The position numbers and the translations under genes were made by a program. A stretch of 64,000 nucleotides of DNA from Candidatus Poribacteria bacterium (GTDB lineage: Bacteria > Poribacteria > WGA-4E > PCPOR2b), in the NCBI GenBank assembly GCA_965116925.1, contig OZ220744.1, positions 1,856,001 through 1,920,000 on the forward strand, given 5' to 3'. The notes beneath the pieces were generated by a model. That model saw nothing but the letters and a program-made list of their open reading frames with translations. It searched no databases and was not told the origin of the DNA. Below, in pieces: positions 60,958 through 64,000 of the stretch (positions are counted from its first letter, which is position 1; each line of letters starts with the position of its first letter).

Positions 60958-61455
60958 TCATTGATTCATAAAATCGTGTGAGATTGTCTTTCCATCTTTC
61001 CATTCCTCGTAACGAAAGATTTTTTCGTTGCCACGGTATATCAACTTAATTGCTGTCCCAACCGGGACTTTCAGATCGCCTGGTATCGGAGTAACGTTAG
61101 AATCTCTCCCGTGGGGTTCGGGGGCTATTGTGAAATCTTGTGGCCGTGGCTCCATGAAATAATCGTTTTCAGGCAGCTTTATGAAAACTCTTGCCCACGG
61201 TATAGCGTTAATGGATACCGACACAGTTTCGGCTTCAGTTCTAGTTACAGGTTGCGTTGGTGAGGTAGGAGGAGCTATTGGAGTCTTCTTAGGTTGACGG
61301 ACTCCTGAAGAATCATCGTTGATCTTAGCAGTCGCCGTACCGCTTGCCCCCGGCGTAGGTCCAGAGGTATTCACGGGCCAAAACATTTTGAAAATAATTA
61401 AACCAGCGATAACAATGACGATAGCAGTGGCGACAACTATAACCGATCTGTTCAT
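60958..61455 (-). CDS. Small membrane-anchored PEGA-like protein, paralog of 56475-56873
   Basis: TM, Pro/Thr linker, VSINAIPWARVFIKLP, ends ISHDFMNQ. Confidence 0.72.
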   Translation of the reverse strand: MNRSVIVVATAIVIVIAGLIIFKMFWPVNTSGPTPGASGTATAKINDDSSGVRQPKKTPIAPPTSPTQPVTRTEAETVSVSINAIPWARVFIKLPENDYFMEPRPQDFTIAPEPHGRDSNVTPIPGDLKVPVGTAIKLIYRGNEKIFRYEEWKDGKTISHDFMNQ

Positions 61456-61762
61456 ACCTAACTATCCTTTACTGAGCGAGGTTGGGTGTTATGGAGGAAT
61501 AGGTAGCACGTTTAGATAACACCCACAAAGAAGGACTATGATTATCACACATCTTCACAGCTTAATTTATTTTTCAGTAACTTTGAGGAGCGTTAGTATG
61601 TAAAAATTATAGCACCCTTTCCAAAAGGGTGTCAATTGATTCACACCTGTTTTTTGATGGATCGTCATAGCATCTTTTGATAGAATCATGCTATAATATT
61701 TTCAGTATTGATAAAAAGGACGACACATTCAAAAGGGAAATCTCTAGGAGAGGAAAACAACC

Positions 61763-62827
61763 ATGTCAAACACACTATTTCCCACAACCGTCATCGGCAG
61801 CCTGCCCCGATCTGCGTGGGTGCGCGAGTTAATTCTTGACCGAAAGGATGGAAAGATATCCGAAGAGGAAACAGACCACTTGCTGAACCCGGCGGTCGAA
61901 TCAGCGCTGCGTCTGCAAGAGCGAGCGGGGTTAGATGAGGTCACCGATGGGGAATGGCGCAGAGAAAGTTACGTCAAGGTTTTTGCTGACCGGGTACGGG
62001 GTTTTCGAGCAGATCTCAATCCTAGTGGTGGGTTGCCCTATCCGGCAGTAGTCGAGCCAATCGAGTCTTACCGGCCCTTAGTGGTTGATGAAATCCGTTA
62101 CATCCGGGGACTAACTCAGCGACGCATCAAGGCAACCTTACCCGCCCCCTATATCATTGGCAGGCGGATGTGGCATCCCGAACACTCAAAAGCCGCCTAT
62201 CCTACCCGCGAGCAGCTGATGACCGACTGCGTGCCGATTCTGCGACAGGAAATTGAACTCCTTCGTGAAGCGGGTGCGGACACGATACAACTCGACGAGC
62301 CGTGGCTTAGCACCATGGTGGATCCCGACTTTCGAGAGCGAGAAGGTGTCACTGATGTTCAGTATGAGATGGATCAGTGTGTCGATTTTATTAACCAAAC
62401 GCTAGACGGAATTGAAGGTGTTGAGACAGGGATGCATCTGTGCCACGCACACTTCGATCACAAACACGGGACAGAGGGACCCTATGACCTAATCATGCCC
62501 GCCTTGGCGAAGGTTCGGGTCGGCACAATTTCTATGGAATATGCTACCCCTGTCGCAGGCGGTTTAGCCTCGCTCGCTCAATTTCCTGAGAATGTACGAT
62601 TGGGACTTGGGTGCATTGACCATTGTGACCGGCAGGTGGAAACGCCAGAAGATGTAATAGCCCGCGTGGAGGAAGCCATGCGTTATGTGGACAAAGAGCG
62701 CATTACGCTGCATCCGGATTGCGGCTTTTCACCGTCAGTTCAGAATCCTATGGATATAGACGAAGCGTACTTGAAACTAAAGGCGATGTGTCAGGCAGCA
62801 AAGCTGCTCCGCGAAAAATACGCATGA
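61763..62827 (+). CDS. Cobalamin-independent methionine synthase II family (catalytic domain only)
   Basis: TTVIGSLPR, TDGEWRR, IQLDEP, HLC, SMEY, PDCGF Zn ligands. Confidence 0.87.
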   Translation: MSNTLFPTTVIGSLPRSAWVRELILDRKDGKISEEETDHLLNPAVESALRLQERAGLDEVTDGEWRRESYVKVFADRVRGFRADLNPSGGLPYPAVVEPIESYRPLVVDEIRYIRGLTQRRIKATLPAPYIIGRRMWHPEHSKAAYPTREQLMTDCVPILRQEIELLREAGADTIQLDEPWLSTMVDPDFREREGVTDVQYEMDQCVDFINQTLDGIEGVETGMHLCHAHFDHKHGTEGPYDLIMPALAKVRVGTISMEYATPVAGGLASLAQFPENVRLGLGCIDHCDRQVETPEDVIARVEEAMRYVDKERITLHPDCGFSPSVQNPMDIDEAYLKLKAMCQAAKLLREKYA

Positions 62828-62854
62828 GACTGATTGCCCTGAAGGGAGATTGCA

Positions 62855-63871
62855 ATGACAACACCAGAAGCTGCAGCAGAACTTTACAAGAAAACTGTTG
62901 TGATAGATTGCCTAAATGTGAGCAATTGGGAGAGTCCGGCTGTGTTCCACAGCTTGCACGCCGGGGGTGTAACAGCCATCAACGCCACCGTTGCGACATG
63001 GGAAAATTATCAGCAAACTTTGGACAACATTGCTGCTTGGTTTCGCCGTCTTCGAGAATACAACGACATCCTTGTGCAGGTAAAAACCGTGAACGAACTT
63101 CTGCAAGCCAAGCAGAACGGCAAAGTCGGTATAATCTTCGGTTCTCAGAACGCTTCTCCCATTGAGAACGATCTCGACCGACTCGCGCTCTTTCATGCAC
63201 TCGGAATGCGAGTCATCCAAGTGACCTACCACGAGCGGAATCTGTTGGGAAATGGCTGCTGGGAACGTAGAGACGACGGTTTGAGCAACTTTGGTGTTGA
63301 TGCTGTCCGAGAGATGAATGCACTGGGTATCCTGATTGATCTCTCCCATGTTGGCGATCGCACCACATTGGAGGCAATAGAGTTGTCAGACAAACCTGTC
63401 GCGATTACCCACGCGAACGCTCGTTCCTATTTCAACCATCCCCGAAACAAGACGGACGATGCGCTGAAATTGTTGAAAGAACGAAATGGCGTAATCGGTG
63501 CAACATCCATCACCTCCTTTTTGCCAACCCAATTTGCATCCACCCTAGCGGACTATGTGGATGCGATAGATGACATGGTGGAACGGGTCGGGATTGACCA
63601 CGTGGGTGTTGGAACAGACTTTACACAGGATCAGCCAGTTTCGTTCTGGGAGTATATCGGCGCGCAACAGGGGACAAAATATCCGTCCACCTTTGTGAAT
63701 CCAGACGTGCGATACGACCAGTTGCCGATGTCTCCCAAGGGCTTTGAAACACCCGATAAGTTTCCAGACCTGGGAGCCGCGCTTCTAAAACGAGGTTACA
63801 AACCGGACGAGGTTACCAAAATTCTGGGTGGAAACTGGATTCGACTCTTTCGAGAGGTGTGGGCAGAGTAA
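62855..63871 (+). CDS. M19 membrane-dipeptidase family protein
   Basis: IDLSHVG, ITHAN, GIDHVGVGTDF, KILGGNW. Confidence 0.88.
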   Translation: MTTPEAAAELYKKTVVIDCLNVSNWESPAVFHSLHAGGVTAINATVATWENYQQTLDNIAAWFRRLREYNDILVQVKTVNELLQAKQNGKVGIIFGSQNASPIENDLDRLALFHALGMRVIQVTYHERNLLGNGCWERRDDGLSNFGVDAVREMNALGILIDLSHVGDRTTLEAIELSDKPVAITHANARSYFNHPRNKTDDALKLLKERNGVIGATSITSFLPTQFASTLADYVDAIDDMVERVGIDHVGVGTDFTQDQPVSFWEYIGAQQGTKYPSTFVNPDVRYDQLPMSPKGFETPDKFPDLGAALLKRGYKPDEVTKILGGNWIRLFREVWAE

Positions 63872-63901
63872 AATGCGAAGAGAAACCGAGTTTTTTCGGA
63901 G

Positions 63902-63928
63902 GTAGGGGCGGGGTTACCCCGCCCCTAC
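63902..63928. repeat. GTAG-type REP-like palindrome (representative copy)
   Basis: GTAGGGGCGGGGTTACCCCGCCCCTAC. Related copies at 4396, 16481 and 29995; other GTAG-led hairpins at 10124, 10266, 18965, 23310, 25765, 29820, 38027, 42843, 43323 and about 45690. Confidence 0.8.
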
Positions 63929-64000
63929 GGTTTTTTTGAACTCTTTCTTAACATGAACCAATGGGGAAGGAACAGCAATGGAATCAAATCAAGGCATATA

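Noticed and set aside
61456..61762. SAM or cobalamin riboswitch upstream of the methionine-synthase-like gene
   Set aside because: AT-rich spacer with promoter-like motifs only; no recognisable aptamer core.
1..64000. tRNA, rRNA, prophage or anti-phage defence genes
   Set aside because: No recognisable signatures by eye; tRNAscan, Infernal and DefenseFinder were not run.

Overview
Bacterial genomic window (about 50% GC, diderm). The gene content suggests Candidatus Poribacteria or a similar sponge-associated lineage: many PhyH dioxygenases, PD40/TolB-like repeat proteins with a C-terminal 'WGxLK' motif, T9SS-like CTDs with a PorV-like barrel, and dense REP/MITE intergenic repeats. This assignment is inference only. 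About 45 CDS are present: two MacB-type permeases, rpoZ, an NHL protein, a TonB receptor/CTD protein/PorV triad interrupted by decayed toxin-antitoxin modules, a PhyH/ATP-grasp/RraA/M20 block, a probable sigma54-driven ferritin locus, an intact DDE IS, a UGSC selenoprotein split by the ORF track, a Thr-type sulfatase-like enzyme, a PD40 tandem array, glycosylation genes, an S8 protease, purB, and a duplicated trypsin-TPR-PEGA-beta-barrel plus membrane-partner pair. The most striking observations are: (1) a small non-autonomous element (ATGAA...TTCAT) inserted exactly at the central base of 3-nt loops of unrelated hairpins, with a 1-bp duplication; (2) a cytoplasmic HTH-OppA-like fusion flanked by two small Cys-rich peptides; (3) candidate novel surface-display/sorting systems. 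No rRNA, tRNA or CRISPR array was found.
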